The notes under the pieces: model-generated
What the model saw: the letters and a program-made list of their open reading frames with translations, nothing else
Database searches by the model: none
Told to the model about the DNA's origin: nothing
Position numbers and translations under genes: made by a program
Assembly: GCA_002322525.1 (NCBI GenBank)
Contig: DCOU01000038.1
Coordinates: 1-26,387 of the forward strand
Direction: 5' to 3'
From: Candidatus Omnitrophica bacterium UBA1562
Lineage (GTDB): Bacteria > Omnitrophota > Gorgyraeia > Gygaellales > Profunditerraquicolaceae
Length of the DNA: 26,387 nucleotides
Part shown: positions 24,944 to 26,387 of the stretch, piece after piece
How the letters are laid out: each line of letters begins with the position of its first letter
Position numbering within the stretch: the stretch's first letter is position 1

Positions 24944-26259
24944 CTCTTCACCTCGATTAATTGCAGTCCTACTATACGTTCCAAGTCCGCCAGGTTCATA
25001 TTATACTCCACTAATGCCTTATAATAATCCATCTTTGTTTCAATCAACATCCGTTCATTATCCAAGAGCATCATTATATTGCCTTTGCCCGAACGATATC
25101 CGGAAAGCGAAGCCCGAATAGAGCTCTCTAATAAAGGTATCTGATTATCCTTATATAGAGCAATCTTATTTTGGGCAATAGAAACCTTGGTTGCCAAATC
25201 TTTAGTCTGAGACAATGCCATATTCTTCATTGCCTGATAGCTGGCTTTCGCTTCCTCTAAATTTGTAATCGCCTCTTTTACCTCATAACGCTGTTTTGTC
25301 CAGAACCAAAAGGGGAGGGTAAATGCCATCATCAAATCCCAGGGGCCTATCCCGCCGGCGGTAAATCCCCTTAAACCTATCTCTGCCATTAAATCCGGGA
25401 AGAAGCTCCGTTTGGCTAATGACTTGGCGTATTTGTTCTTTTCTATGGCATAGGAGAACATAAGTAGCTCCGGCTGATTCTCTATGGTAAGCCGATACAG
25501 AGAATCTATATCTACCTTAAAAGATGCGTCTTCTTCTAATTCAACTGCACCCAACGACGCTTCCGGTTCCCGGTTTAACAAGGTATTCAACCGGGTTCTC
25601 TTGGCGGATTGCCCTTCCTTTAGATTCCGGATATGCGTGGAGAGGCTGGCGATCTCCAGATTTATTTTAAAAAGCTCTTCCTGAGGAATATCCCCGATAA
25701 TATATTTTGCCTCAGCAATCTTGGCGATATTTTTTAAGAAAGCAAGGCTGGCTTCGTTTAATTCCGTTTCTTTATAGTTCATAAATAAATCATAATAAGC
25801 ATTCTTAACTTCATTTATAACGTCCAATTCTTTATTTTTATAATCTGCGGAAAACATCTGGGATTCTATAAGCGCAATCTTTCCTTTTAAAGATAACTTA
25901 CCAAATAAGGGAAACATTTGACTAACAGAAAGCATTCTATCTTCTGGCATGGTGCGGTCTAATTTTAAAGTTCCTTTTTGTATCTTCATAAAAGAAAAAC
26001 CCACGGTTGGATTATCAAGTGACTTTGCCTGGGGAACTCTTGCCAAGGATGCCTCCCAGCGTTTTTTTGCTGCAAGAATCTCAGGGTTATTCTGGATTGC
26101 CTCTTTAAGCAAAGAGTCCAAAGAAAGCAACTCATCCGAATATAAGATAGTATTACTCAGAATAAATATGTTAACCAAAAATAAAATAATTCCCGTTAGA
26201 AATTTTTTCCTAATAGAGGATTTGCATATTTCTAAAGGGATAAATATTTTTCTTATCAT
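24940..26259 (-). CDS. TolC-family outer-membrane efflux protein (CusC/CzcC-like) with a palindromic insertion in its signal peptide
   Basis: A...NPEILAA, SQMFPLFGKL, VKNAY, QPEL, FFPDL and Y...G...LLD...; first gene of the CBA triad. Confidence 0.9.
   Translation of the reverse strand: MIRKIFIPLEICKSSIRKKFLTGIILFLVNIFILSNTILYSDELLSLDSLLKEAIQNNPEILAAKKRWEASLARVPQAKSLDNPTVGFSFMKIQKGTLKLDRTMPEDRMLSVSQMFPLFGKLSLKGKIALIESQMFSADYKNKELDVINEVKNAYYDLFMNYKETELNEASLAFLKNIAKIAEAKYIIGDIPQEELFKINLEIASLSTHIRNLKEGQSAKRTRLNTLLNREPEASLGAVELEEDASFKVDIDSLYRLTIENQPELLMFSYAIEKNKYAKSLAKRSFFPDLMAEIGLRGFTAGGIGPWDLMMAFTLPFWFWTKQRYEVKEAITNLEEAKASYQAMKNMALSQTKDLATKVSIAQNKIALYKDNQIPLLESSIRASLSGYRSGKGNIMMLLDNERMLIETKMDYYKALVEYNMNLADLERIVGLQLIEVKR
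26191..26240. mobile_element. 50-bp palindromic MITE-like insertion, in frame in the TolC signal peptide
   Basis: IR TCCCGTTAGAAAT/ATTTCTAAAGGGA (1 mismatch), with flanks TAAT/TAAA (1 mismatch). 54 nt adds PLEICKSSIRKKFLTGII; removal gives MIRKIFILFLVNIFILSNTILYS. Confidence 0.8.
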
Positions 26260-26261
26260 TT

Positions 26262-26387
26262 TTAGGCTATCTTTCTGAATCTTGAGATTAACTCCATAAT
26301 TTCATCTATCTTTTTCTGCTTCTCAAGCTCAGATTTGCCCCTGAAGGCAGTGATTACGCAGCCATCCACGTGTTTTCTGAAGACCTC
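26262..26387 (-). CDS. csoR: CsoR/RcnR-family metal-sensing repressor, 3' part
   Basis: Not in the track. EVFRKHVDGCVITAFRGKSELEKQKKIDEIMELISRF* has the H-x3-C motif. It lies 2 nt before tolC. Confidence 0.88.
   Translation of the reverse strand, partial: EVFRKHVDGCVITAFRGKSELEKQKKIDEIMELISRFRKIA

Noticed and set aside
616-26278. All + strand ORFs in the track (for example 982-1656, 8784-9203, 11564-11893, 19298-19657, 25949-26278)
   Set aside because: They are antisense shadows of well-supported - strand genes, with no recognisable motifs or RBS context.
26351-26362. GATTACGCAG inside csoR matching the 20259 repeat
   Set aside because: It is a single 10-bp match within normal coding sequence (CVIT), most likely chance.

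Overview
All convincing genes lie on the - strand; the + strand ORFs in the track look like shadows. In transcription order (right to left) there are three modules. (1) 26387-11590 is a copper-resistance island: partial csoR, TolC/CusB/CusA efflux pump, secreted YHS protein, tiny lipoprotein, two DUF1573 proteins (one with two rhodanese domains, one with a CcmH-like Cys motif), a 42-aa CC mini-protein, a YHS::alpha-glucan phosphorylase fusion, CopA, a permease remnant, a secreted YHS::CuA-cupredoxin fusion and a broken RnfD/NqrB-like membrane gene. (2) 11536-6212 is an Rrf2-led oxidative/nitrosative stress cluster: ferredoxin-domain protein, short hybrid cluster protein, Cys-rich/HD pseudogene, rubrerythrin, ferritin-like protein, glutaredoxin and an internally deleted thioredoxin reductase. 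(3) 6132-1 is an Rrf2-led sulfate-assimilation/tetrapyrrole operon: cysH, PiT/CysP-type permease, JAB peptidase, hemA, hemC, cobA-hemD and partial hemB. The strongest unannotated signal is a family of 40-106 bp palindromic elements (CCCCGTTA...TAACGGGG type) flanked by 4-bp direct repeats. Four of them sit in frame inside genes, where they add 17-24 residues, and removing them restores canonical protein sequence. Other oddities are a HemC lacking the cofactor-Cys domain, a CusA with an inserted metal-binding domain, a separate 141-bp element with 8-bp direct repeats, and several deletion scars between 6.2 and 13.2 kb. The host is an AT-rich diderm bacterium, probably anaerobic; Omnitrophota-like is only an impression. 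No rRNA, tRNA, CRISPR array or transposase was seen.
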